Source: a virus (Duplodnaviria; Caudoviricetes). Taken from it: 30,825 nt of DNA. Under the pieces are notes generated by a model that was given only the letters and a program-made list of their open reading frames with translations, was not told where the DNA came from and ran no database searches. Of the stretch, positions 15,401 through 24,026 are shown in pieces; positions within the stretch are counted from its first letter, which is position 1; every line of letters starts with the position of its first letter. The stretch is from positions 1 through 30,825 of IMG/VR virus record IMGVR_UViG_3300025103_000098; one strand, written 5' to 3'. A program made the translations under genes and the position numbers.

Positions 15401-17618
15401 CGGAAAGCTCACCGCCCTCCTCGATGTTCTTGACGACAGACTTCCAGAATGGAGATGTGCTCGCCTTGTGTGGCCCAATCGCATCAATCAGGGCCTCCTT
15501 GATCTTGGCGGGGTCGGACATGACATCAACCATCACATCGTCAATCTCTGGCCCAAGCGCACGCATGGACTTGCCGGACATCAGGTGGAACGGAGTCAAG
15601 AAGTGCATGTCGTCAGGCACACGCTCGGCCAGTCGCACAGCAACAGCATCCTTGGCGGTTGCCCGGTAGGCCAAAGCTGTGAGTTCATGCTCGGCCATGC
15701 TGGGTACGGCCTGCTTCAGGGCGCGGGCGTGCTTAGCAAGCCTGGTTGTGATGACGCCAGCAGAGTCCATCGCGGCAGGCGCAACCTTCGCAACTCTCGT
15801 GGTCACGATGTCCCACGCAGCTTTGACCTCATCGGACATCTGCCCGGTCTCACGGGCCGCCTTCTGGGTCACGCGCCATGCGTGCAGTCTTCGCAAAACA
15901 GCCCCATACTCTGCCCGCCTGACCCCGTCGTCACCAACCTTGGAAGTCTCTGCCCAGATCTGTCTGACAACGGTGGATCTCAAGTACGGCTGCACCGTGA
16001 CCTCATCCAACTGCCTCAGGCTTCCCGGCATCCCCTCGGCCAGATGGTAGGGAAGTGCAATCTCGTCTGCGACACGCTGTGATGCCACGCTGAGCGTGCT
16101 GTGGCGGCCCCCTGGGGCGGCCTTGGCTACATCGTCGGCCACCTGGGTGGGTAGCCCACGAACAGCATCCCCTGCGGCGTTTACGGCGCGAACACGATCA
16201 ATGGTGTGAAGCGGCCTGGAGATGCCACCGATGACGCCAGCCGTTCTGGTCATCCCGGCCTTTGCAGCCCCCCTCGAGACTGCGGTGCCAGTCTTTGAGG
16301 CCAGTTGAGCTGCGGGGGTAATGGGGGAGAGTTTTAGAGGAAACTCAACGGCCACCCCGGCCCAGTATGGGAAGTTCGGGAACCCAAGATCTTCCCACTG
16401 CTGCTGGTAGTTCGTGATCTCCATCAGGTCGTCGCCACTGAACCGGCTGTTGGCAATGCCCCACGCTACATCTGTCCAGTAGTCACCAGACTCAATGGCT
16501 GGGTTCTCCGCATCCGCCGATGTCCGGGTGGATGGTCCAAACGGAAAAGGAACCACCATCGCCCCGGTCCCGGTTGGGATGGCGATCTGTGGCTTCTCAA
16601 CCCAAGCCTCTGGAAGGAACTTCGACACGCGAAGCGTCAGGTCGTCTGGATCAAGCGGTCTGCCGCTCTCGTCAACTTCCCACGATGCGGCCTTGGCGGC
16701 ACTGTTTAGGCCAATCCTCCAGAGCCCCACCATATCCCGCAGAACCTGCAAGGCCCGAGACTCGACAATGTCCCCGGTCTCTGGATCAACAGCATGGCCA
16801 GCGGCCTTCAGAATGTCCATCCCAACATTCCGGAGGGTAAACTCCTCGTTGGACTCTCTGGCAATGTTCGGGGCAACGCCCCACACAAACTGGTTGTAGA
16901 GTCCAAGACCTAGGTCTTCTACCTCTTCGTCGTTTTCGGGATCACGGCCCATGTACTCTCGGAAGTGGTCCCTTGCATGACTGATGTAGTGTGGCTTCCG
17001 AGATCGCACCGAATCATGGAAGCTCTCCACAACCCTCTTGTTGAACTGTGCCTGCCCGGGGCCGAGGTCTCCGACAAAATCGCGAAGCCCTGGAACCTCC
17101 TCTTCTTTGACCCTTTCCACCGCTTCGGCAAACAGCGCCTCACGCTCAGATGCGCCAATCTGCTCAGCAAGCCTCTTCTGTTCGGCACGCTCAGCCCCAG
17201 GCAAGACAACCTGGCGCTTGAACGCCTCCTGCATGGCCTCCCACCCCTGCATTGAGCGGATGTCTCGGCGTGATGTTTGGCTCTCTGGGGCGGGGGCGCC
17301 CTCCATGGTCTGGCCACGGGTGATCGGCTCAACGACACGCTTGACTGCTATGTCCCTGGCCTCTTCCTCTGGTGTGCCAGCAAGCATCTCGGCGGTGACA
17401 TACTTCTCGATAGCCTTTGCTTGTGGGTCAAGGGCCTCTTCTGGAGACATCAGGTTCAGTGGTACCGGTTGGTCCGGCCTGACCGGCATTGCCACCGTAG
17501 TGTCTGGGCCGATGGGCTTCCCGCCCCCGGCGAATAGTTCCCCAGCCCTCTGCGCCGCGTCCTCTCCTTTTAGCTCACGAAGGAGATCGATATATTCTTG
17601 CTCGGACTGGGTAGGCAT
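12465..17618 (-). CDS. large internal virion/DNA-ejection protein (1717 aa)
   Basis: size, Ala-rich helical composition, last of three genes after tail genes; C-terminal DNYFR...EAA..A..ALLDY..V...ER...FYAF pattern. Confidence 0.7.
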   Translation of the reverse strand: MPTQSEQEYIDLLRELKGEDAAQRAGELFAGGGKPIGPDTTVAMPVRPDQPVPLNLMSPEEALDPQAKAIEKYVTAEMLAGTPEEEARDIAVKRVVEPITRGQTMEGAPAPESQTSRRDIRSMQGWEAMQEAFKRQVVLPGAERAEQKRLAEQIGASEREALFAEAVERVKEEEVPGLRDFVGDLGPGQAQFNKRVVESFHDSVRSRKPHYISHARDHFREYMGRDPENDEEVEDLGLGLYNQFVWGVAPNIARESNEEFTLRNVGMDILKAAGHAVDPETGDIVESRALQVLRDMVGLWRIGLNSAAKAASWEVDESGRPLDPDDLTLRVSKFLPEAWVEKPQIAIPTGTGAMVVPFPFGPSTRTSADAENPAIESGDYWTDVAWGIANSRFSGDDLMEITNYQQQWEDLGFPNFPYWAGVAVEFPLKLSPITPAAQLASKTGTAVSRGAAKAGMTRTAGVIGGISRPLHTIDRVRAVNAAGDAVRGLPTQVADDVAKAAPGGRHSTLSVASQRVADEIALPYHLAEGMPGSLRQLDEVTVQPYLRSTVVRQIWAETSKVGDDGVRRAEYGAVLRRLHAWRVTQKAARETGQMSDEVKAAWDIVTTRVAKVAPAAMDSAGVITTRLAKHARALKQAVPSMAEHELTALAYRATAKDAVAVRLAERVPDDMHFLTPFHLMSGKSMRALGPEIDDVMVDVMSDPAKIKEALIDAIGPHKASTSPFWKSVVKNIEEGGELSDKQKLFAVAEIKGDVAKRLVARSDEFHLTEVLEPDLTSALTRRAKTPAERRVPLVEAGTKFADITSVMLKRVSPDLAERMSTKMPALVREIARDWLPSMFPHPVGRTPMRTMAWIDEVDGLLQTNIEGFRREYASLIKAVGPEKAIQTMIDRTLKHAGMQDFKGGESVKRFLAWKSILTKFFGGAHVPDDAILKGYLKGNVKTGSVEGIYPITAPHVKAVIQTIRQADPSKQMSGKGLSSFGVDRFSAAMFAWMLEERAARVVDVSLSKWLGRNPEFRMLINSATVAKPAITAGALREAMERRGISEALRGSPAFEGEITGVVNNLMRNIAGRMSDADRFNILRMSMSRKIATGNVFETLDTMEALPRAVGQLLSRKFVGKELKNLGLADDVIPEVTEAVIDTVQGIIMRDSNEAMQQLLIRQGMAATGNAAQRSHIANRAIAVESKLGRRQMAMVYGKDAAEAIHAITAAAKNGSLDTALKALRASDDAARTAGRLGGARGVTDGLIKGLISLLDMSRRTTISGLLGGFPLPNTRFLGLNAITAPIIVALTVGPKFAFQSLGIGRHNRLYNWAAIKLGHASDVLFVRDGVKWTRKMVEDAIKRNNIRYSAISYEFNDVIIRDLERMARINSSLGPVSTARTIGRYLDPSQKNIWNRFAEQTDNYFRQNVFVSALIAGRTESEAAKLAQNALLDYGAVPPIERMVVNKVAYFYAFMRQITEEGVRTAIKDPNLYRRMHLLQRAQHRDAGLWAYEGDSEKQRMWVLMGDVHDNHYTTGLYGPHNPALMAFDDTITVLDYIMNNPTPVGLIKGAKAAASERLYNPWFDIFTALSGWHERGAEGRIVPDHILLAAHQSGMWDSFRTELGIVPAVGKDRRPGKVEVGGMQWKFHGKEDEERFLAWMALANMMGLKRNIEDAAKISIAAGLHPEDAKPKRLGDGSWAMVAGNVSTPLAIPDDIARQNRALENVYRELSRLRAR

Positions 17619-18916
17619 CAGGGCTGCTCCGGAGCGACCTCTTCGACTGTTGATGCAAGCTTCTCCATGTCAACAGCCCGGAACTCTGGGCCCTCCTGGC
17701 CAACCTGTTCGGGGATGTCTCGGTACGCCTTGCGGCGTGTTCGGGCCATGTCATGGGCGAAGACGCGCATGATGATCTCGTCGCGGTAGCCCATGTCGTT
17801 GCCGGCAAACTCTGTCGCCCTATCCATCATGTCCCTCGGGTCCAGTGCACCAGAGCCCATCATGTCCTGAAGGCGAATGGCCATCTCTCCGGCCTCAGAG
17901 TGATCCTCATCTGGGTCGGCGGTCTCGTTAAGATAGGTCTCTGCCCTCGCCGTCAGGGATGCGATGATCTTGTCCTCGTCAGAGGGGCCGGACAGTAGGC
18001 GGGCACGCTTCTCCCGCCGAGCCTTTCGGCTCAGCATGGGACCAGTCAACTCAACCGCCCGGGCGCGGAGCTCTTCCTCTGTGGGGGCCTCCCTCCCAGA
18101 ATCAAGGGCCTCCCGACGCTCAACAAGTGCAGCCAGGTCGTCCTCGGCCTTCTTCAGTTGTGGGTCAACGGCCATGGCAGCGTCCATCGGGGATGCCCCC
18201 TTGTCCTCCATCTCATTCCGCAAAGCACGCATATCAGCCGTGCTTGTCTGCGACTGTTGGACAGCTTTCGCCTCCTCACGCTCCCGCTTGATCTTGAGAA
18301 CAGCCGGGTCCATCATCTCTATCGGGAGAGAAAACGAATTGGCCACTTCCGACTCAATAATATCTGGAAACTGTCCACCGGTCATCTCGTTCAGCTTGGA
18401 GGCAAAGCGAATCGCCGCGTCTGCCCGCTGGCCGACGTGATGCTCCATCCCGCCCCTTGGCCCCGAAACACCCCGTGACATCATGTGCTCATCAATGGCG
18501 CGGCGGACGGAGTCAATGTTTCCAGACCTCAGGGCGATATCCAACTGTGATTTCAGCGTAGACTCAATCGTGAAGAGCGCACGCATGATGTCTTCAGGGG
18601 CCTTGTGCTCATCCTGAATGCGCTTCCTGACCGCCTCAGCCCTGCCCCTGTTCCGGTCGTCGGCCTTCGCGATAGCTTCCGAAGCCTTGAACCGCTGGTC
18701 CAGGCTCGCCACATCACCAGACTTGATCCCGGCCGTCTTCAGGCGGTAGACGTAGTCGTGCTGGGCCTTGATCTGCTGGTCGATCCAGTCGGCCTCGCGC
18801 TGGTCAATCGCAGCCCCACGCTCCCACTCCTCTACAGCACGCTCGTAGTTGGCGCGTAGTCTCTCGAGGTGCCTCTCGGCGTAGGTCTTCCGGTATGTCT
18901 CTGCTGTGGTAGGCAT
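17618..18916 (-). CDS. helical internal virion/ejection protein
   Basis: charged coiled-coil protein; synteny with podovirus ejectosome genes. Confidence 0.6.
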   Translation of the reverse strand: MPTTAETYRKTYAERHLERLRANYERAVEEWERGAAIDQREADWIDQQIKAQHDYVYRLKTAGIKSGDVASLDQRFKASEAIAKADDRNRGRAEAVRKRIQDEHKAPEDIMRALFTIESTLKSQLDIALRSGNIDSVRRAIDEHMMSRGVSGPRGGMEHHVGQRADAAIRFASKLNEMTGGQFPDIIESEVANSFSLPIEMMDPAVLKIKREREEAKAVQQSQTSTADMRALRNEMEDKGASPMDAAMAVDPQLKKAEDDLAALVERREALDSGREAPTEEELRARAVELTGPMLSRKARREKRARLLSGPSDEDKIIASLTARAETYLNETADPDEDHSEAGEMAIRLQDMMGSGALDPRDMMDRATEFAGNDMGYRDEIIMRVFAHDMARTRRKAYRDIPEQVGQEGPEFRAVDMEKLASTVEEVAPEQP

Positions 18917-18917
18917 G

Positions 18918-19541
18918 TCAGCCTCTCCTGTACCTGTTTCGGATATCGCTATAGGTCTGCTGTTGCGCAGCCGTCAGAGACCCACCAGAGGATGCCTTCT
19001 GCTCGTAGAAGTCCATTAGATCGTCTTCGCGGTCCCTGGCATCGTCCAGGCGATATGCCGTGTCTCCGTAGAAGTCCGCCGCCTGTCCGACTCCACCGAG
19101 AATGGCCTGCCAAATGGCCGCACGCTCTTCGGCCCTCTTCGTCTCAAGCTCCTGCATCTCATTTTTGGCTTCCGTCTTGGCGGCAGCCTCTGCAACTCTG
19201 AGGTCGCTCTGGGCCTCCCCGCGCCTCTCGGCAATGGCCTCCTGCTGGGCCATCTGCTGGGCCACAAAGCGACCACCACCAAGGTCAAAGGCAGACACGT
19301 CACCAATGCCACGCTGGAAGGCCTCACGCTCTTGTGATCCGATACCCTGGAAGTACGATGCGCGCTCTTCGTCGGTCAGGAACTCGCCAACCTCAGTCAT
19401 GCGCTGGAGCTCAGCCATGCGATCTTTGTCTTCTTTTGTGAATGTACCAAGGGCGCTCGCCAAGTCAGAGCCGATCTTTGCGCCCGTGCCAACACCCTTG
19501 GCGATGGTTGCGGCAAGTGGGAATGTGACTGGAACTGCCAT
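18918..19541 (-). CDS. small ejection protein (T7 gp14/P22 gp7-like position)
   Basis: Gly/Ala hydrophobic N-terminus, Q/E/A coiled coil, second glycine-rich hydrophobic segment. Confidence 0.6.
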   Translation of the reverse strand: MAVPVTFPLAATIAKGVGTGAKIGSDLASALGTFTKEDKDRMAELQRMTEVGEFLTDEERASYFQGIGSQEREAFQRGIGDVSAFDLGGGRFVAQQMAQQEAIAERRGEAQSDLRVAEAAAKTEAKNEMQELETKRAEERAAIWQAILGGVGQAADFYGDTAYRLDDARDREDDLMDFYEQKASSGGSLTAAQQQTYSDIRNRYRRG

Positions 19542-19550
19542 GCTGAATCC

Positions 19551-20258
19551 TTAGAGGTAGAAGCACTCAAGTGAGATACCCCAGGCATATACCTGGGTCT
19601 TTGGTGCAGTTGAGTGGTAGGTGACGCCGACATCGTACTCACCAGACAGGGCAGAGTCGAACAAGCCAAACCCATACAAGTGGTGCCGAAAGACCGTGGT
19701 TGGTATAGCCTCAGCCTGTACTTCAGCCGTGCTTCTCTGCATGTGGAGATCTTGCGGGGTCAACTCACTAAGTGAGCGAGCAACCGAATGCTTCATAACG
19801 CCGGGAAGTGTTCGGTCTGTCACGCGGCCATGGCTTACCATGAAGTCGGTATAGCGTTGAACCGTTCCCATCGAAGGCCAGGTTGATGCGCTGGCCCACC
19901 ATTGAGAGAAAACGGTATTTGGCTTCCTTGGCTCGTAGCTGACACAAAGGTGTGGAAGAGACTGGAGTGCATCATCGGCGATGATCCCCGTGTCCCACTT
20001 CCCCGCGTAGGTAAACATGCCATCAAACGGTGTGCTGGCTGAACCAGACCAGATTCCGCTTACCATGTGATAGCGGTTTGGGGACGGCTCGTATGTGCCG
20101 CGCATGATCTGTGTTGAGTCTGCCCACGGCGCCACAGACTTGATCGCGGATGACTCAAGCTTGAAGACATACTGGCGAACACCATCAAGGTTGGACGCGA
20201 GATCCGACGCATCAAACGTGTCCCCGTCTGCCCATACCTTTGTGGGGGTGTATGCCAT
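19551..20258 (-). CDS. tail fibre/appendage-like protein 3
   Basis: start MAYTP at 20258 (TGATG coupling, GAGGA SD); G.TFDASDL..NL N-terminus. Confidence 0.65.
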   Translation of the reverse strand: MAYTPTKVWADGDTFDASDLASNLDGVRQYVFKLESSAIKSVAPWADSTQIMRGTYEPSPNRYHMVSGIWSGSASTPFDGMFTYAGKWDTGIIADDALQSLPHLCVSYEPRKPNTVFSQWWASASTWPSMGTVQRYTDFMVSHGRVTDRTLPGVMKHSVARSLSELTPQDLHMQRSTAEVQAEAIPTTVFRHHLYGFGLFDSALSGEYDVGVTYHSTAPKTQVYAWGISLECFYL

Positions 20259-21190
20259 CAGTTCTTCCTCATAACCATGGACGCTATGTGGACCGTTCCG
20301 AGCTTGATGATGTTGTCCGCAGACCCACCACCAGTGGTCTCCCACCCGATGTTTTCATGAACCATATAGTTGGTGGTGGATCCAACAAGACTCTTGAGGT
20401 GGTACAATCCATCAACAACAAGGCGAAGACCCAGGATGGTGATGGTCGAACCGGTATTGTTGATGTAGTTGTACGACCGGCGGAACATGTGGTTTTTCTC
20501 GTCCACCCATGCGGCGTCATCGGTATATATGATGTTGAATCTGGACGCATACATCACCGTCCCGTGCGGAATAACCATGGTGGCTGCTGTTTCAGAGACA
20601 TTGTCTCCGTTCTCCCCACCAATGCTGTTGGTGAAGTCACCCTGTCCAGGCACCTCCTCCCACACGCCTGGCGATGTCTCCCACTGGAGCCACACAAGCC
20701 AGCATGGGTGCCGCGCGCTGGCGTACCCAATGGTGTGTGAGCCGGCAGGGTGGACGGTCCCCATGTCGGCACCACCAAGGCGAACGATGTGGTCAACCCA
20801 CACCTGCCAATGAACACGCAACATCTCTCCATCATCAATCGAGAAGGCTTGGTTCAGTTCGGATCCTGTTCCGTGTGCAAGGTACTGCGGACTTGGTCCG
20901 GGGCCAGTTGTTGCGCTGTAGCTTGTGAGACCAGAGCCTGGCACCGACCCATATGCGGGACGGGATCCGTTTTCGTGGCTGTGCGCCGTGCTCAAGATGA
21001 TGGTATCGCCGGATATGTGGCCACTGGTAGTGGGTGCATCAAGGTTGGTGGTGTCGATGGCCTCGGCACGAACATTCTCATGGTCCACACCACCAGAAGT
21101 CACGGTGGTAATGTCGCTGAACTTCTGGTTCAGGTCGGCTGATGTGACGGCTGTGCCCGCCGTGGGGTTGTCGTTGACAATGCGTGACAT
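20258..21190 (-). CDS. tail fibre/appendage-like protein 2
   Basis: G..VTSADLNQKF...GGVD.EN+ N-terminus; TGATG coupling. Confidence 0.65.
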   Translation of the reverse strand: MSRIVNDNPTAGTAVTSADLNQKFSDITTVTSGGVDHENVRAEAIDTTNLDAPTTSGHISGDTIILSTAHSHENGSRPAYGSVPGSGLTSYSATTGPGPSPQYLAHGTGSELNQAFSIDDGEMLRVHWQVWVDHIVRLGGADMGTVHPAGSHTIGYASARHPCWLVWLQWETSPGVWEEVPGQGDFTNSIGGENGDNVSETAATMVIPHGTVMYASRFNIIYTDDAAWVDEKNHMFRRSYNYINNTGSTITILGLRLVVDGLYHLKSLVGSTTNYMVHENIGWETTGGGSADNIIKLGTVHIASMVMRKN

Positions 21191-21864
21191 CAGCGGAACC
21201 TCGAAAGCAGGAGAATCTGGCCGCCCGCAAAGGTAAACATTGGCGAGTCAACCACATCGACAGGATCGCCATCGTTGTATGCTGGTGGCGCGAACGCAAA
21301 CTGAACCTCAATAGAGGCATCACCGCCCATCATTGGGAAGTCTGCCGAGAGTGTGACGTTGTCATACTGTGTATACATGGCGCCTGTCTCGAGGACGATC
21401 ATCCCGTTGTATAGGATGCGCCACTTTACCCAGTGGTCGTGGTTCTCTTGGGTGGCAAGAACCCCGCCGGGCTCCAGGCTGAAGCCGCTGGTGAACCGAT
21501 ACTGCCACTGCCAGCAGTTGAACTCGATATGGTTCATCCCGTCGCGGAGCCCAGACACCTGGACCGGATCAAATGCCCTGCGCCACCCACCGTTGTAGAG
21601 GCTGTAGTCCAGGCCGTCTGGCTGGAGGTTGCCGCCGTTGTTTAGTTTGATCGACTCGTCTGAAAGCAGCAGACCTGTAAACAGGTGTGTTTTGTGGAAC
21701 GCCCCCTGTTTGATCTGTGCCCTGGTGATGTACTCACCTGGAAGGTTGTTGCGATCAACGCCACCGTTCAGCGCACCCTTTTGGGTGTTGTATTCATCGT
21801 TGAACCCATCAACATCCACGATGTTCTTTGAGCCAGGATCAAATACCGTCCAACGCTTACTCAT
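21190..21864 (-). CDS. tail fibre/appendage-like protein 1
   Basis: VD.DGFNDEY...LNGGVD.NNL N-terminus; ATGA coupling. Confidence 0.65.
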   Translation of the reverse strand: MSKRWTVFDPGSKNIVDVDGFNDEYNTQKGALNGGVDRNNLPGEYITRAQIKQGAFHKTHLFTGLLLSDESIKLNNGGNLQPDGLDYSLYNGGWRRAFDPVQVSGLRDGMNHIEFNCWQWQYRFTSGFSLEPGGVLATQENHDHWVKWRILYNGMIVLETGAMYTQYDNVTLSADFPMMGGDASIEVQFAFAPPAYNDGDPVDVVDSPMFTFAGGQILLLSRFR

Positions 21865-24026
21865 GCCCGCTTCCCGCTAATGACTTTGGTGCCACCAGAT
21901 GGGGTGAACTCGATGGCCCACCCAAGGATCACAAGATCGTTTATGGTCTCAATACCGTACTTGAACTCGGAACACACACCCTGATCAATTGGGAAGCGGA
22001 TCTGGGTAAGCATGGACTCATCCCATGGATCCTCCCCCACAACCGCAGAGTCAAACACCTTTTGGTCTATGTGGTCTGGCCTTTGAAGCTTCATGCCCAC
22101 GGTCTGGGTTCCATCTGGCCCCCTGTCTTTGTAGTGTGTCAGGGAGATCTGGTTGTCTCCCATGGTGAGGCACAAAAGATAGACATAGTTCACACGCCGC
22201 CTTGCCGACCTGTCTCCAAAATCCAGCCACGAGCTCTGGTAAACAGACGTGCATGGCGCGTTGTCTACGACAACCTCATCTTGGCCCACAAGCTGGTACT
22301 GCCCACCGCATGCCCGACGGTTGGAGATGACAAACAAACCAGACTCGACCGGATCGCCAGGCCCAGCAGAGCCGGTGTGATGCCCGAAGACAAGGTCTCC
22401 GTCTATCGTTGTGGTTAGAGATCCAACAGGGACATCCTCCCTCACAGACCATGGAGTGGTGTTTCCGCCCAACATGTCGAGATGGAGAACAACCCCAATA
22501 CTTGGCCTATCCGACCCATCTGCGGGGAAGTAGCAGTGCCACTCTCTCCACTTCTGGCTGTATGCGGCGACAGCGCGTGCAGAGGTGTCGATGTTCATCC
22601 TCTTGATGGTCTTGTTGATTGGAGTCGAAATCTTGCGGAAATCAATGTTTCCACCAGCATCCATGTTTCCGGTCATGATGTAGACGCCGTCCTGTGCCAG
22701 GAACACAACCCCAAGATCTGGGATGGTAGTGACGCTGTCTTTCGATCTTGTCCCAACCGTCTGGGAGATGGGGGTCACATCAAACGAGCCATACGTCCCA
22801 CGCACAACGTCAATGCCACGCTCTCTCAGAACAATCAAGAAGTTGTAGTGTGCGTAGAACCCTGTGATCTCGCCCGCGTCCCGCATTCCCACATCCATGA
22901 AGTTCAACACATCGAACTCATCGGGCTTGCCTGGCTTGCTCCAGTAGATCTTTGTCCCGTTGGACGTTCCGCCATCAAGGAATAAGCACCCCTTGAAGAC
23001 TGCGGTGAACCTGGCAGCAGAAGCCGGAAACACGACAGAGTCGGTCAGCCCGGGTGCGAGGCTCCCGAGTGCTTGGTCGCCAACATGGTCGAACACATGC
23101 TCATCGTAGTTGTTGCCAACCTCAACACAGAAGTAGTAGTTCTCGGGAATGGTCGGATCCCCGCCCTTCATGTTCAGGGTTCGGTAAAGCCTGCGTGCGG
23201 TTGTTCCGCTTGGTCCAACTGGGATCTCAACCTTGGTGATAAAGCGGCTACCTGTGTAGGTTCCACCTGCGCTTGGGGAGTCCCAACTGACCACGTTTGA
23301 CGATGACGACAACGGGCTCTCTGCCCCCGCGTTGTTGACCCACGAAACCTTGTACTTGTACGTGTTCTCCACATCAACACTTGCGGATCCAAGGCCAGCC
23401 TCTTGGATATCGTCTCGAGCAGGAATGCCAGCATCGAGGGTGTTCTCTGTCCACATCCCCACATGCTGTCCAGACGATCCAAAGTTGACCTGTGTCTCAA
23501 CGCCCCAGACAGTGGGCTGTGGTGGGATCTCGCTCCACCCCAGTGTGTATGACGGGACGCTGATTGGCGATCCGCCACTCATCCAGACGGGCCATGCCGA
23601 ATACTTGATCGGCCTATCGTGCCCATTGGTAACGATAAGGAACCGGCCAAATGGCGTATAGGTCGTGACCGGCTCGGATGGGGCGGGGATTACGCGACCA
23701 GAATCAATCACATGGGCCCTCATGTCCCCCGTGTTGCTCGATGAGTCAAGCCAGTACAGGGTTCCACCAGACTCAAACACCGTCCAATCCTGCGCCCCCT
23801 GATGCTTGCTCCAAATAAAGAGTGAGTCAATTCGTCCCATGCTGTCGAACGGACGCCAGAGGTTGCCAGGGCGTGGATCATACTTCTCATACCCAACCCT
23901 GGAGTCCCAACCATTTGTCCTCTTGTCAACCGTAAAGTTGGTGATCCGAGAAGCATCGCTTGGCTTCTGCGGGATGGACTCCGAAACACCGCCAAGCGGC
24001 GTGATCTCTACACGTTGACCATTCAT
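21861..24026 (-). CDS. tail nozzle / tubular protein B-like (P22 gp10-like beta-propeller)
   Basis: about 720 aa beta-rich; IYWSKPGKPDEF, GVVFLAQDGVY, YQSSWLDFGD motifs; ATGA-coupled start at 24026. Confidence 0.75.
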   Translation of the reverse strand: MNGQRVEITPLGGVSESIPQKPSDASRITNFTVDKRTNGWDSRVGYEKYDPRPGNLWRPFDSMGRIDSLFIWSKHQGAQDWTVFESGGTLYWLDSSSNTGDMRAHVIDSGRVIPAPSEPVTTYTPFGRFLIVTNGHDRPIKYSAWPVWMSGGSPISVPSYTLGWSEIPPQPTVWGVETQVNFGSSGQHVGMWTENTLDAGIPARDDIQEAGLGSASVDVENTYKYKVSWVNNAGAESPLSSSSNVVSWDSPSAGGTYTGSRFITKVEIPVGPSGTTARRLYRTLNMKGGDPTIPENYYFCVEVGNNYDEHVFDHVGDQALGSLAPGLTDSVVFPASAARFTAVFKGCLFLDGGTSNGTKIYWSKPGKPDEFDVLNFMDVGMRDAGEITGFYAHYNFLIVLRERGIDVVRGTYGSFDVTPISQTVGTRSKDSVTTIPDLGVVFLAQDGVYIMTGNMDAGGNIDFRKISTPINKTIKRMNIDTSARAVAAYSQKWREWHCYFPADGSDRPSIGVVLHLDMLGGNTTPWSVREDVPVGSLTTTIDGDLVFGHHTGSAGPGDPVESGLFVISNRRACGGQYQLVGQDEVVVDNAPCTSVYQSSWLDFGDRSARRRVNYVYLLCLTMGDNQISLTHYKDRGPDGTQTVGMKLQRPDHIDQKVFDSAVVGEDPWDESMLTQIRFPIDQGVCSEFKYGIETINDLVILGWAIEFTPSGGTKVISGKRA

